64,000 bases of DNA. Origin: Halarcobacter sp. Its GTDB lineage: Bacteria > Campylobacterota > Campylobacteria > Campylobacterales > Arcobacteraceae. Each line of letters starts with the position of its first letter. Position 1 is the stretch's first letter. The notes under the pieces are model-generated. The model was not told the origin of the DNA. It ran no database searches and worked only from the letters and a program-made list of their open reading frames with translations. The position numbers and the translations under genes are program-made. The DNA lies in the NCBI GenBank assembly GCA_963676565.1, contig OY781089.1, forward strand, positions 2,656,001 through 2,720,000. The letters run 5' to 3'. This document shows positions 19,751 through 30,513 of the stretch, in pieces.

Positions 19751-21250
19751 TTGAATAGTATAAAAGAAATTGAAAAATGGTTAAATAAACACGAAATTAC
19801 AAACTACACAATTTTTTCCAATTTAAACATTGCAGTTGATGGTAATGTAAATCTTAGAAATAAACTAGAAGAAGATATGCTTCCTGTTAAATTTGAAAAA
19901 GTTACAGGATATTTTGATATAGCAGAAAATAATCTTATCTCACTTGAAGGCTGTCCACAAATTGTTTTAAAAGATTTTGATTGTTCTAGTAATAATCTTA
20001 CTTCACTATTTGGAGCACCTAATAGTGTTTTAGATTTTGATTGCTCAAATAATAAACTAACTTCACTATCTTATGCGCCTAAAGATGTTGATGGATTTTT
20101 TAATTGTTCAAATAATTTATTAACTTCTATAGAAGGATCACCAAGACATATCCAAGGTTATTTCAAATGTTCAAACAATAAATTAGTCTCTTTAAAAGGA
20201 GCCCCTAAACAAATAAAAGATTATTTTGATTGTTCTAACAACAATATCTCATCATTAAAAGATGGTCCAATGAGTGTTGGTCAAGATTATATTTGCCACT
20301 TAAATGAACTAAGAAGCTTAGATGATATTGCAGATGATATTGGTTGGGATGTAATAACAGATATAAACCTTAATAATATAGAATCAAGTGTTTTTGATGA
20401 AGATAACAAATACTGGAAATACAAAGGTACTGAAGTTATTAAACACATTTACAAACCTATTGTAGTGTTTGAGACAAAAGATGATATTATGAAATGGCTT
20501 CGTTCAAATAGTATTAAAGATTTTAAAATTTTAGATGATAATTCTGTAGATGTAACAGGGGATGTTAGATTATCAGGAGCTCTTGAAAACTTCCAAAAAC
20601 TACCAATTAATTTCCATGAGATAAAAGGGAACTTTGATATTAGTGATAATGTCTTAACTTCTTTAGAAGGAAGCCCTAAAATAGTACATGGTGATTTTTT
20701 AGCCCACAAAAATGAATTAGTTTCTTTAAAAGGTGGTCCTAAAGAGGTTTCTAAAAACTTTGTTGTATTAAAAAATAATCTCACTTCACTTCAGTTTTCA
20801 CCCTCTTTCGTTGGAGAAGATTATATATGTTCAAACAATCCTATTAAATCTTTAGAAGGTATTGTAGATGTAGGTGGTTCAATTTTTACAAGCTTATATA
20901 TATCTTCTATAAAATCAAAAGAGTTTAACTTTCATTCAATAAAAACGTATAGATATGATGGAAGTTTAGTTTTAAACTATTTAGAAAAAGAGTATGTTAC
21001 ATTAACTGAAGAGGAAAAAATCTATAACAAAACAAGGGACAATCTAGAAAAAGTTGTCAAAAAAATGATAAGAGATAAATCATTAAAACCTGAGATGATT
21101 AATGATAACTTTTTAAAAAATTTAACAAAATACAATTTATTAAATCTTAAAAAACAAGTTTTAGAAATAAAATCTCCAAAACAAAAAGATAGCAAAAAAG
21201 AGCTAAGTGAAGCTGAGATTTTAGAATCAGTTTTTAACAAGGAGATTTAA
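19751..21250 (+). CDS. leucine-rich-repeat protein with two tandem LRR modules
   Basis: 21-aa repeats LxSLxGxPxxVxxxFxCSNNx, about 7 in module 1 and about 4 in module 2, each module with homologous caps. Confidence 0.85.
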   Translation: MNSIKEIEKWLNKHEITNYTIFSNLNIAVDGNVNLRNKLEEDMLPVKFEKVTGYFDIAENNLISLEGCPQIVLKDFDCSSNNLTSLFGAPNSVLDFDCSNNKLTSLSYAPKDVDGFFNCSNNLLTSIEGSPRHIQGYFKCSNNKLVSLKGAPKQIKDYFDCSNNNISSLKDGPMSVGQDYICHLNELRSLDDIADDIGWDVITDINLNNIESSVFDEDNKYWKYKGTEVIKHIYKPIVVFETKDDIMKWLRSNSIKDFKILDDNSVDVTGDVRLSGALENFQKLPINFHEIKGNFDISDNVLTSLEGSPKIVHGDFLAHKNELVSLKGGPKEVSKNFVVLKNNLTSLQFSPSFVGEDYICSNNPIKSLEGIVDVGGSIFTSLYISSIKSKEFNFHSIKTYRYDGSLVLNYLEKEYVTLTEEEKIYNKTRDNLEKVVKKMIRDKSLKPEMINDNFLKNLTKYNLLNLKKQVLEIKSPKQKDSKKELSEAEILESVFNKEI

Positions 21251-21492
21251 TGGAAGTTTCTAAAAACTTTAATAGATATGATTCTACAATATCACCAAAT
21301 TATGATGTTCAAAGAAATTCAAGAACTAACAATGTTAGTACTATTAAAAGTTTTTTAGAAGCTTTTAGAATAGATTTAAGTCCTAGAGCTCGTGCAAGTA
21401 GTGAAATCAATGATCCTTCAATTAAATTTCCTACTTACAATGAAGATGTTCTACAATATAATCAAAATTTAAAGTTAACTTATAAGCCTTAA
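21250..21492 (+). CDS. small hypothetical protein
   Basis: AAGGAG RBS, TAATG coupling to the LRR gene. Confidence 0.65.
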   Translation: MEVSKNFNRYDSTISPNYDVQRNSRTNNVSTIKSFLEAFRIDLSPRARASSEINDPSIKFPTYNEDVLQYNQNLKLTYKP

Positions 21493-22283
21493 ATATCTAA
21501 AGAGTTTTTAAATTTTTTCAACTCTTCTTCTATAGAAGGAACTCTCATAAAATGTTCCCCAATTAAAAATGCATCTGCACCAATTGAGCTTAAGTTTTTT
21601 ATAATCTCTGTATTACTTACACCACTTTCAGCAACTATAATCTTCCCATTTGGAATCATTGGAATTAATCTTTCACATAAAGACATATCCATTTCCATTG
21701 TTTCAAGATTTCTATGGTTTATACCAACAATATGTGCTCCACATTTCATTGCTTTTGTTAAGTCTTCTTTATCATGAACTTCAACTAAAACTTCAAGCCC
21801 TAAGTGTAGTGCATACTCATATAACTCTTTTAAATCTTTAGTACTTAAACTCTTTGCAATAAGTAAAATAAAATCTGCTCCATATACTAATGCTTCAACA
21901 ATTTGATACTTATCTAAAATAAAATCTTTTCTTAAAAGTGGAGTTGGAACATATCTTCTAATTTGAGTTAAATACTCTAAATTACCTTGAAAATAGTGAG
22001 GTTCAGTTAAAACAGAAATTGCATTTGCACCATTGTTTGAATACTCTTGTGCAATTACTAATGGATCAAAATCCTCTTTAATCACACCCTTACTAGGACT
22101 AGCTTTTTTAACCTCAGCAATAATTCTAATAGGTTCTTCTTTTGTTGAAGTCAAGTAAGGTTTTACATCCCTAGGTGCAAATGGATTTGCACTTAAACTT
22201 CTACCAAGTAAGTCTAAAGGCATATCCTTTTTTCTTTTTTCAACATCCTCTAATGTTCTTTTATTAATTTCATCTAAAATCAC
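21489..22283 (-). CDS. trpC: indole-3-glycerol phosphate synthase
   Basis: [33 protein letters not shown] motifs. Confidence 0.97.
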   Translation of the reverse strand: MILDEINKRTLEDVEKRKKDMPLDLLGRSLSANPFAPRDVKPYLTSTKEEPIRIIAEVKKASPSKGVIKEDFDPLVIAQEYSNNGANAISVLTEPHYFQGNLEYLTQIRRYVPTPLLRKDFILDKYQIVEALVYGADFILLIAKSLSTKDLKELYEYALHLGLEVLVEVHDKEDLTKAMKCGAHIVGINHRNLETMEMDMSLCERLIPMIPNGKIIVAESGVSNTEIIKNLSSIGADAFLIGEHFMRVPSIEEELKKFKNSLDI

Positions 22284-23590
22284 TTACTACACTCCTTAAT
22301 TTTTTCCCAATGTAATTTTATCTCTTCATCATTTAATCCAGCGCTATCAACAACCTTTTTCATGTTTTTATAGGCATTTTTACAATCTTTTAATTTATAT
22401 TGACCCCAAGCAAGGGAATCAATATATGCTAAGTTATGTGGTGCTTTTTCCAATGCTTTTTTAACAAGAGTAATACCTCTGTCAATATCAATGTCAAAAT
22501 CAATTAAAATATACCCTAGGTAGTTTTGATAAACATGATTATCTAAAATAATTAACACATCTTCAAACTTTTTTATAACATCTTTTAAAACATCTTTTTT
22601 ATTTTTAGCCATCTCAAACTCAATTATTGCAATTTGAGCTAGATAATCTATACTTGAACTTTCTTTATATAATTTATTTGCTAAATCATAAGCTTTTTTA
22701 TAATTATTAGAACTTCTATAAAGAGTTAGTAATTTTTCATTATCTGCATTACTTTCTTCTAAAAACTTTATCGCTTCATTAATATCTTTTTTCTCTAAAT
22801 AATACATCAATAGTTTATAAACCCTGTCTAAAGATAGATTATTTTCTAAATTTTTTGCTTTATTATACGTATTCTTTAAAACTCTTATTATTCCATCAAT
22901 GTTTTTTTCTTCTTGATAAAAAGTTAATAATCTTGAGCAAACTTGTTCTTCACATCCATTCATTTGAGTATAAGTTTCTAAAAGATTTATCGCTTCTTTT
23001 TTCTCATCTAAATATATATACATTACATTTACTAAAGAGAGTAGATATTTTGAGTCTAAATCTTTTTTATAAAGCGTTTCATAAAGTTTTTTTGCTTTCT
23101 CATATTGCTCTTTTTGAATATAAATATTTCCTAATAAGTCATAATTTTTATCATTCTCTTCAAGTTTTAAAAGTTCTTTTGTTTCCTCTAATGCTTTATC
23201 CAAATTAGCTGATTGCATTAGAGATAAGATATAAACCTTTTTTATCTGAATTTCTTTATTTTCTATATTTTTAATATTTGAATCAACAATCGATAAAACA
23301 TCATTATAATCTTTCAAAGCAAATGATATTTTAATATATTCTAATAGGTACTCATCATTTAAAGTTTTTTCATATAACCTTTTATATAGTTCCCTTGCTT
23401 CATCTTTTTGACCTTGTCTATCAAATTCTAAGGCAAACATAACATATTTATCTTCATGTTCAAAAGCTTTATATTTAAACTTCTTTTTTATTAAGTTTTC
23501 AGAATATGGCTGTGGTGAATTAACTTTTTCACATCCAGTAATAAACAAAAATAAAAATAATAATACTAAAATACTTTTATAGCTGGACAC
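22280..23590 (-). CDS. TPR-repeat lipoprotein
   Basis: Lipobox ITGC, helical repeats, NYLGY...YIDSLAW. Confidence 0.8.
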   Translation of the reverse strand: MSSYKSILVLLFLFLFITGCEKVNSPQPYSENLIKKKFKYKAFEHEDKYVMFALEFDRQGQKDEARELYKRLYEKTLNDEYLLEYIKISFALKDYNDVLSIVDSNIKNIENKEIQIKKVYILSLMQSANLDKALEETKELLKLEENDKNYDLLGNIYIQKEQYEKAKKLYETLYKKDLDSKYLLSLVNVMYIYLDEKKEAINLLETYTQMNGCEEQVCSRLLTFYQEEKNIDGIIRVLKNTYNKAKNLENNLSLDRVYKLLMYYLEKKDINEAIKFLEESNADNEKLLTLYRSSNNYKKAYDLANKLYKESSSIDYLAQIAIIEFEMAKNKKDVLKDVIKKFEDVLIILDNHVYQNYLGYILIDFDIDIDRGITLVKKALEKAPHNLAYIDSLAWGQYKLKDCKNAYKNMKKVVDSAGLNDEEIKLHWEKIKECSK

Positions 23591-23946
23591 TCTTTTATTA
23601 CCTCTTCTTTATGATTTTTAAAATAATCCCAAAAAGGGAAAGTTCTACATTGTATCGGTCTTGCCTCATAAATAGAACATTGTTTCTTTTCTAAGTTAAA
23701 AAAAACACATGCATAATTATCACTTGAGAGTTTTACCTCTTTAATACTATACTTATACCCTCTTTTTTCTAAAAATCTAACTCTTAATTCTTCTAATGGA
23801 ATATCTAAATGACTACTTAAGTTTTCTATTTCCTGTTTATTAATCCAAATATTTCCACTTTCACCAATACAGCAGTTTCCTTCACAAGTATCGCAACCTT
23901 GTGTATCAAAACCAAAATCAAAACCTTCTTTTTTTATTATATTCAT
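23566..23946 (-). CDS. YkgJ-family cysteine-cluster protein
   Basis: CxxCxGxCC, C.F, CSIYEARP.QCRTFPFW. Confidence 0.9.
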   Translation of the reverse strand: MNIIKKEGFDFGFDTQGCDTCEGNCCIGESGNIWINKQEIENLSSHLDIPLEELRVRFLEKRGYKYSIKEVKLSSDNYACVFFNLEKKQCSIYEARPIQCRTFPFWDYFKNHKEEVIKECPAIKVF

Positions 23947-24653
23947 ATCTCTACTTTTATACTATGAGTTGATGACTTTTTATAAATCTCTTTTACATCA
24001 TGGGTAAAATCATCATTTTCAAAAACTATCAAAGGACTTAAAACCCTAAGTAATGATTTTGAATTTTTCCTTGCATATACTAAAACTAAAGTAGCATCTT
24101 TACTTTGTTTTGGATGAACAAATTGTAATGATTCAATATTTAATTTTACTTCATTTAAAATTTCTATTATTTCATTTAACTGTTTTGCATCATAACAAAA
24201 GAAAAATTTTCCATTTGATTTTAATATCTTTGAAGTTTTTCTTACAAACTCTTTCAAAGGAAATTTATCATTATATCTAGCCACTTTGATATTTTCATTT
24301 TCACTTTTTATTACATTACTATGGTAAAATGGTGGGTTTGATACGCACATATCAAACTGCTTTTCAAAGTCCATATCTAAAAATGAGCCTTTAAACATAG
24401 TTGTACTAATCTTATTACACTGTGAATTTCTCAATGAAAACTCTTGGAAACTTGTTTGTATTTCACATTGATTAAGATTTACTTTTTCATACTCCCTTGC
24501 AACTAATAAACCTAAAATACCGCTTCCACTTCCAATATCTAGAAGCTCACCATTTATGTTTTTAAATTTAGCAAGATTTTGTGTTATAAAATTATATAAA
24601 AAATGTGTGTCACTATTATAGCAATAACCATTACTTGGTTGATATAATACCAA
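23943..24653 (-). CDS. tRNA1(Val) A37 N6-methyltransferase-like SAM methyltransferase
   Basis: Q...GY.YNSD, LDIGSGSG, NPPFY motifs. Confidence 0.85.
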   Translation of the reverse strand: MVLYQPSNGYCYNSDTHFLYNFITQNLAKFKNINGELLDIGSGSGILGLLVAREYEKVNLNQCEIQTSFQEFSLRNSQCNKISTTMFKGSFLDMDFEKQFDMCVSNPPFYHSNVIKSENENIKVARYNDKFPLKEFVRKTSKILKSNGKFFFCYDAKQLNEIIEILNEVKLNIESLQFVHPKQSKDATLVLVYARKNSKSLLRVLSPLIVFENDDFTHDVKEIYKKSSTHSIKVEI

Positions 24654-24929
24654 AGAAAGACCTCCAAAAAAATTACAAGATTATATCTAATTTATCATTA
24701 ATAAAAATTTCTATTAGTCACGATTACTTCACGTTGATTTTGTAAACTTCGTAAATAAATTTTCAAATGAATTTACGTAAGTTCATGTTTCATTATAAAA
24801 CAAACATATTTTGAATAATTTATTTTTATAAGATTAAATTAACTTTATTTATTAGTTTTAGTTAGTATAATTAAATTGTGTTTGAGATTAAATTGATAAT
24901 TTCAAAGAAAAATTTACAAGGGGAAAACA

Positions 24930-25253
24930 ATGGCAATAAAAGAAGCTCCAGCGAATACTCCAGTATGGGTAGATGAAACAAGATGTAAAGCATGTGACGT
25001 TTGTGTTTCTGTATGTCCTGCAGGTGTTTTAGCTATGAGACAAGAGCCTACTTCTACACTTGGTGCAATGGTATCAATCATTGCTAAAGACTCATGTATT
25101 GGTTGTATGGATTGTGAATTATCATGTCCTGACTTTGCTATTTATGTTGCAGATAAAAAAGAATTTAAGTTTGCAAAATTAACAGAAGACGCAAAATCAA
25201 GAGGTGAAGCCATCAAGAAAAATAATTACAGAGTTCTAAGTGAAGGGGTATAA
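24930..25253 (+). CDS. oorD: 2-oxoglutarate:acceptor oxidoreductase delta subunit (2x4Fe-4S)
   Basis: Two CxxCxxCxxxCP motifs; first gene of the operon. Confidence 0.93.
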   Translation: MAIKEAPANTPVWVDETRCKACDVCVSVCPAGVLAMRQEPTSTLGAMVSIIAKDSCIGCMDCELSCPDFAIYVADKKEFKFAKLTEDAKSRGEAIKKNNYRVLSEGV

Positions 25254-26384
25254 ATGGCAAGGGAATTAATATCAACAGGAAATGACTTAGCTGCAATTGC
25301 TGCAGTTGATGCAGGATGTGAATTTTTTGCAGGATATCCAATCACACCATCATCAGAAGTTATGCATACTATCTCTGATTTATTACCAAAACAAGGTAGC
25401 GCAGCAATCCAAATGGAAGATGAGATTGCAGGAGTATGTGCTGCTTTGGGTGCTGCAATGTCAGGGAAAAGATCATTAACAGCAACTAGTGGACCAGGAA
25501 TATCTTTAAAGGCTGAAAATATTGGTCTTGGATATATTGCAGAAGTCCCATTAGTAATTATAAATGTAATGAGAGGTGGACCATCAACTGGACTTCCTAC
25601 ACGTGTTCAACAAGGTGATGTTCTTCAAGCAAAGGCACCAACACATGGAGATTATAAATCAATTACAGTTTGTGCTGGAAACCTAGAAGAGTGTTATACT
25701 GAAACTGTTAGAGCTTTTAATCTAGCAGATAGATTTATGCAACCTGTATTTGTACTTTTAGATGAAACTATTGGACATATGTCTGGAAAAGCTGTACTTC
25801 CTGATTTAGAAGAGATAAAAGCAGGAATAAAGCCAAGAAGAGTTTTTGAAGGTGACCCAAAAGAATACAAACCTTATGAGGTTCCACAAGATGAACCAGC
25901 AATTTTAAATCCAATGTTTCAAGGTTACAGGTACCACTTTACTGGATTACACCATGATGCAAATGGTCACCCAACTGAAGATGCAAAAAAATGTGAAGAT
26001 TTAATTGAGCGATTATTTAATAAAGTTGAAGCACATGTAGATGAGATTGATTCATATGAAGAATATAAACTTGATGATGCAGATATTATGATTATTGCTT
26101 ATGGTTCAGTTTCACTTTCAGTTCGAGAAGCAATTAGTAGACTTAGAGAAGAAGGGATTAAAGTTGGTATGTTTAGACCAATTACTCTTTGGCCAAGTCC
26201 TGAAGCAAAAATTGAAGAATTATGTAATAAATTTGACAAGGTGTTAGTTACTGAACTTAATATGGGACAATATATTCAAGAGATTGAAAGAGCAAGTGGA
26301 AGAAGAGATTTCCATAAACTTTTTAAAGCGAATGGTAGGCCAATAGCTCCACTTGAAATTATAGAAAAAATAAAAGGGATGTAA
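25254..26384 (+). CDS. oorA: 2-oxoglutarate:acceptor oxidoreductase alpha subunit
   Basis: GYPITP, QMEDE, ATSGPG, RGGPSTGLPT motifs. Confidence 0.95.
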   Translation: MARELISTGNDLAAIAAVDAGCEFFAGYPITPSSEVMHTISDLLPKQGSAAIQMEDEIAGVCAALGAAMSGKRSLTATSGPGISLKAENIGLGYIAEVPLVIINVMRGGPSTGLPTRVQQGDVLQAKAPTHGDYKSITVCAGNLEECYTETVRAFNLADRFMQPVFVLLDETIGHMSGKAVLPDLEEIKAGIKPRRVFEGDPKEYKPYEVPQDEPAILNPMFQGYRYHFTGLHHDANGHPTEDAKKCEDLIERLFNKVEAHVDEIDSYEEYKLDDADIMIIAYGSVSLSVREAISRLREEGIKVGMFRPITLWPSPEAKIEELCNKFDKVLVTELNMGQYIQEIERASGRRDFHKLFKANGRPIAPLEIIEKIKGM

Positions 26385-26385
26385 G

Positions 26386-27225
26386 ATGGCTTTTAACTAT
26401 GACGAATATTTAAGAACAAACAAAATGCCAACATTATGGTGTTGGGGTTGTGGTGATGGTGTTATATTAAAAGCACTAATTAGGGCAATTGATAAACTTG
26501 GATGGAACATGGATGATGTTTGTGTTGTATCTGGAATTGGTTGTTCAGGAAGATTTTCATCTTATATAAATTGTAATACAGTTCATACAACTCATGGTAG
26601 AACTATTGCTTATGCTACAGGGATTAAATTAGCTAATCCAGATAAGCATGTAATCTGTGTTACAGGTGATGGTGATGGTTTAGCAATTGGTGGAAATCAT
26701 ACAATTCATGGTTGTAGAAGAAATATTGATATTAATCATATTGTAATTAATAACTTCATCTATGGTCTTACAAACTCTCAAACAAGTCCAACAACACCAC
26801 AAGGAATGTGGACAGTTACTATGAAAAGAGGTAATATAGACCCAACTTTTGATGCTTGTAACTTAGCAATTGGTGCAGGAGCAACTTTTGTAGCTAGAGA
26901 AACTATGCTAGATCCTAAAAAACTTGAAAAAGTTTTTGTGAAAGGTTTAGAGCATAAGGGATATTCATTTTTCGATATTTTTTCAAATTGCCATGTTAAC
27001 TTAGGTAGAAAAAATAAAATGAACTCTGCTATGGCAAATTTAGAATGGATTGATTCAATCACTATGGCAAAAACTAAATTTGAAAAATTAGAAGAGGATG
27101 ATAAAAAGAATTTATTCCCTACTGGAATATTAAAACAAGATACAACAAAAGCTGAATATACAGATTCATATAAAAAAGTGCAAGAAGCTCATCAAAATAA
27201 AACAATGGTTCAATTACAGGAGTAA
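26386..27225 (+). CDS. oorB: 2-oxoglutarate:acceptor oxidoreductase beta subunit
   Basis: WC.GCG, SGIGCS, GDGD...N TPP motif. Confidence 0.95.
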   Translation: MAFNYDEYLRTNKMPTLWCWGCGDGVILKALIRAIDKLGWNMDDVCVVSGIGCSGRFSSYINCNTVHTTHGRTIAYATGIKLANPDKHVICVTGDGDGLAIGGNHTIHGCRRNIDINHIVINNFIYGLTNSQTSPTTPQGMWTVTMKRGNIDPTFDACNLAIGAGATFVARETMLDPKKLEKVFVKGLEHKGYSFFDIFSNCHVNLGRKNKMNSAMANLEWIDSITMAKTKFEKLEEDDKKNLFPTGILKQDTTKAEYTDSYKKVQEAHQNKTMVQLQE

Positions 27226-27228
27226 ATC

Positions 27229-27786
27229 ATGGCTAGAACATTAATGAGATTTACAGGAGTAGGAGGACAAGGTGTTCTTCTTGCTGGAGCAATTTTTGCT
27301 GCAGCTAAAATAAAAGCAGGTGGTTATGGTCTAAAAACAGCAACTTATACTTCACAAGTTAGAGGTGGACCAACTGTTGTTGATATTACATTAGAGGATG
27401 AACCAATTTTATATCCATATGCAAATGATGGAGAGATTGACTTTATGCTATCTGTTGCACAAGTTTCTTATGACCAATTTAAAGGTGGGGTAAAACCTGG
27501 GGGAACTATTGTAGTTGAACCTAATTTAGTAACTCCAACTGAAGAGGACAGAAAAAAATGGAATATCTATGAGATTCCAATTATTACAATTGCAAAAGAA
27601 GAAGTTGGAAATGTTATTACTCAATCGGTTTTAGCACTTTCTATTGCAAATTTAATGACAGGAAATATTGTAGATAATGAAACATTAAGAGAAACAATGC
27701 TTTCTAAAGTTCCAGCAAAAGTTCATGAATTAAACAATAAAGCTTTTGATTTGGGATTAAAATACGCAAAAGAAGCAATTTCGTAA
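27229..27786 (+). CDS. oorC: 2-oxoglutarate:acceptor oxidoreductase gamma subunit
   Basis: GVGGQG, Y.SQVRGG motifs. Confidence 0.95.
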   Translation: MARTLMRFTGVGGQGVLLAGAIFAAAKIKAGGYGLKTATYTSQVRGGPTVVDITLEDEPILYPYANDGEIDFMLSVAQVSYDQFKGGVKPGGTIVVEPNLVTPTEEDRKKWNIYEIPIITIAKEEVGNVITQSVLALSIANLMTGNIVDNETLRETMLSKVPAKVHELNNKAFDLGLKYAKEAIS

Positions 27787-27814
27787 ATAATTAGCTCTTT
27801 TGAGCTAATTATTT
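27785..27814. terminator. bidirectional terminator
   Basis: aaataattagctc-tttt-gagctaattattt, 13-bp stem between convergent genes. Confidence 0.75.
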
Positions 27815-28351
27815 GATATAAACTATATAGTTATTGATTTTTTCTTCTAATCTTTTTGAAAGATGTAGATTTGAGTTTTTTAAACAAGATAAAATAAACT
27901 TAGCCTCTTTATGATAGTTAAATATTTTTTGACCATCCCAAGACTCAGGTGGTTTTTGCATATTTGTAATTCTATCTGCTAATTTAACCATTTGAATCTC
28001 ATAACCTTGAGTTAATAATTTATTAATACTATCTTCCATTTGTTCTTTTTTTGTTGGAAGTGTTTTATCTTTTGTTAAAGCATCAACACCTTCAGCAACT
28101 TCAGCACTAAAAGTTGTATATAAATCATCATAAGTTACATCAGTATCTTCAATAGTATCATGTAATAAAGCAACTGTAATTGCTAAATCTGCTTTTTTAT
28201 CTTCAATCTTTCCCTCTTGGCATGCATGCATTACCTCCATAGCAACTGAAACTAAATGGGTAATGTATGGCTCACCATCTGGAGTTTTTTGTTCACCATG
28301 AGCTTTTGCAGCATAATGTAAAGCTTTTAAATATTTTTCTTGAGAAAACAT
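27809..28351 (-). CDS. stand-alone HD hydrolase, Mesh1/small alarmone hydrolase-like
   Basis: AH..Q...PY..H, LLHDTIEDT, VKLADR..N; no synthetase domain. Confidence 0.85.
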   Translation of the reverse strand: MFSQEKYLKALHYAAKAHGEQKTPDGEPYITHLVSVAMEVMHACQEGKIEDKKADLAITVALLHDTIEDTDVTYDDLYTTFSAEVAEGVDALTKDKTLPTKKEQMEDSINKLLTQGYEIQMVKLADRITNMQKPPESWDGQKIFNYHKEAKFILSCLKNSNLHLSKRLEEKINNYIVYIK

Positions 28352-29169
28352 TATTTATTCTCCTCTTTCTTTTCATTTCTTTTTTTACCATTGTTAACTT
28401 CCATTCTTGGCATAACAGGTTTAGCATTTTTTGAAAAATCAATTAAGTCTTCAACAGTTTTTACACTTTCGTTTAAACATTTAAAGGATTTTTCTAAAAT
28501 ATATGTAGTACTTAATGCATCACTATAAGCTCTATGATGATTATCTATGTTTATATTTAAATCCTCTTTTAAATATTTTAAACCATATCTATTTGCTTTA
28601 ATTGTTCTTCTTGCTAAATCAATGGTACATAATTTTCTATTTTGCAATCTTCCTAAATCATATTTTTGTAAAGATGCTGAGATAAAATTATAGTCAAATT
28701 TAATATCATGGGCAACAAATACATCATCACCTAAAAAAAGCTTGAACTCCTCTAATACTTTTTTAATAGTTGGAGCATCTTCAAGCATACAAGGTGTGAT
28801 TTTTGTAACCTCTTGGATATATTCTGGGATAAATTTTTCATATACTAAGGTTTCATACTTATCAATTATTTCACCATTTTTATATTTTACTGCACCAATT
28901 TCTATAATTTGATGCCCTTTTTTAACATTTCCACCATTTGTTTCAATATCAACAATACAAAATGTTTGATCTTTTATTAAAGTATTAGTTGTTAGTAAAA
29001 TAACCTTATCATCAACTATATCTAGTGGCATCCCATTTGATAGTAAAAGTTCAAATTCCAATTGAGGGTTATCAAAAAATCTATCTTTATTTTTTGATAA
29101 TAAATCTAGAAACTCTTCATAGTCAATGGGACTTTTTTTAAGTTTATCTACTAACCTTTGAAAAAACAT
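28351..29169 (-). CDS. DEDDh 3'-5' exonuclease (DnaQ-like)
   Basis: DIET, VAH...FD, HHRA.SDA motifs. Confidence 0.9.
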   Translation of the reverse strand: MFFQRLVDKLKKSPIDYEEFLDLLSKNKDRFFDNPQLEFELLLSNGMPLDIVDDKVILLTTNTLIKDQTFCIVDIETNGGNVKKGHQIIEIGAVKYKNGEIIDKYETLVYEKFIPEYIQEVTKITPCMLEDAPTIKKVLEEFKLFLGDDVFVAHDIKFDYNFISASLQKYDLGRLQNRKLCTIDLARRTIKANRYGLKYLKEDLNINIDNHHRAYSDALSTTYILEKSFKCLNESVKTVEDLIDFSKNAKPVMPRMEVNNGKKRNEKKEENK

Positions 29170-29173
29170 ATTA

Positions 29174-29764
29174 TTATATTTCTTTTACAGCTTTTACAAA
29201 ATTAATCATTTTAGTTTTATCCTTCTTCCCTTTAGAAACTTCAACACCAGAACTTACATCAACACCAAAAAAGTTATATCCTTTTAACTCTTTTAAATTT
29301 GATTCATTTAATCCACCAGCTAAAATCATTTGTGAACAGTCTATATTTTCAAACCATTCAAGGGCAACTCTTTTTCCAGCTCCACCAAAATCTTCAACAA
29401 AAGCATCTACTAAAACATAGTTTCCTTGATTTTCAATAAGGTCTTTTTTTTCTTTTGCTCTAACAACCTTAATATATTTAAAATTTAAAATATTAAAGTC
29501 TGTATAGTTATCATCATCAATAACTTGAGCTAATTGCATTTTTGCATTTGTACAAACTTGGTTTATAAAACTACTGTTTTCATTTACAAAAAGTGCAACA
29601 GTTTGAACAAAAGGAGGTAATTGCTCTACAATCTCCCTAGCTTTAAATGGATCAATATATCTTGGGCTTTTTTCATAAAAAACAAACCCTAAGGCATCAG
29701 CACCAGCATCAATTGCATCTAGAGCATCTTCTAAATTAGTAATTCCACAAATTTTAATTTTCAT
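29174..29764 (-). CDS. trpF: phosphoribosylanthranilate isomerase
   Basis: KICGIT, LAGGL, DVSSGVE motifs. Confidence 0.96.
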   Translation of the reverse strand: MKIKICGITNLEDALDAIDAGADALGFVFYEKSPRYIDPFKAREIVEQLPPFVQTVALFVNENSSFINQVCTNAKMQLAQVIDDDNYTDFNILNFKYIKVVRAKEKKDLIENQGNYVLVDAFVEDFGGAGKRVALEWFENIDCSQMILAGGLNESNLKELKGYNFFGVDVSSGVEVSKGKKDKTKMINFVKAVKEI

Positions 29765-29777
29765 ATAAATTTATCTT

Positions 29778-30419
29778 CTAGATTTGTAAAGATTTAATTG
29801 CTTTTGAATAATCTTCATTTCCAAATACATAAGACCCAGCAACGACAACATCAACTCCAGCATCTTTAAGTTCTTGGATATTTTTGTCATTTACTCCACC
29901 ATCAACTTCAATTAAACAATTTGGATTTCTTTTGTTAATTAACTCTTTTAATTTTTTAGCTTTTTCAACAACTGATGAAATAAACTTTTGTCCACCAAAA
30001 CCAGGATTTACAGACATAAGTAAAACAATATCTAAATCTTCAAGTAGATACTCTATTGATTCAGGTGTAGTGTGAGGATTTAAAACAATACCTGGTTTAA
30101 TTCCTAAACTTCTAATTTTTTGAATAAGTCTATGTGGGTGTTTTTCACTCTCAATATGAAATGTAATATATTCTGGTTTTAAAGGAGCAAAAAGCTCAAC
30201 AAAAAAAGTATTATTCTCAACCATTAAATGAATATCAAGAGGTTTTGTTGCTGCTTTAGCAACAGGATTAACCACAACCGGACCAATTGTCATATTTGGA
30301 ACAAAATGCCCATCCATTACATCAACATGAATTAAATCACATCCACCATCACAGATAGCTTTTATCTCTTCAGCTAAGTTTCCAAAATCTGCTGAAAGGA
30401 TTGAAGGAGCTACTAGCAT
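29778..30419 (-). CDS. rpe: ribulose-phosphate 3-epimerase
   Basis: HVDVMDGHFVPN, MSVNPGFGGQ, VDGG motifs. Confidence 0.98.
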   Translation of the reverse strand: MLVAPSILSADFGNLAEEIKAICDGGCDLIHVDVMDGHFVPNMTIGPVVVNPVAKAATKPLDIHLMVENNTFFVELFAPLKPEYITFHIESEKHPHRLIQKIRSLGIKPGIVLNPHTTPESIEYLLEDLDIVLLMSVNPGFGGQKFISSVVEKAKKLKELINKRNPNCLIEVDGGVNDKNIQELKDAGVDVVVAGSYVFGNEDYSKAIKSLQI

Positions 30420-30513
30420 ATATTAACCTTTAAAATAATTTTTCGCGATTATACCTACTTTATAGTTTTATTTTGCTTTTTTAGATACTATTTCAAGAGC
30501 AAAAGGATACATA

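Noticed and set aside
20747..21270. Shared 15-mer gtttctaaaaacttt (EVSKNF) in the LRR gene and the start of the next ORF
   Set aside because: A short AT-rich match with no extended similarity; chance is plausible
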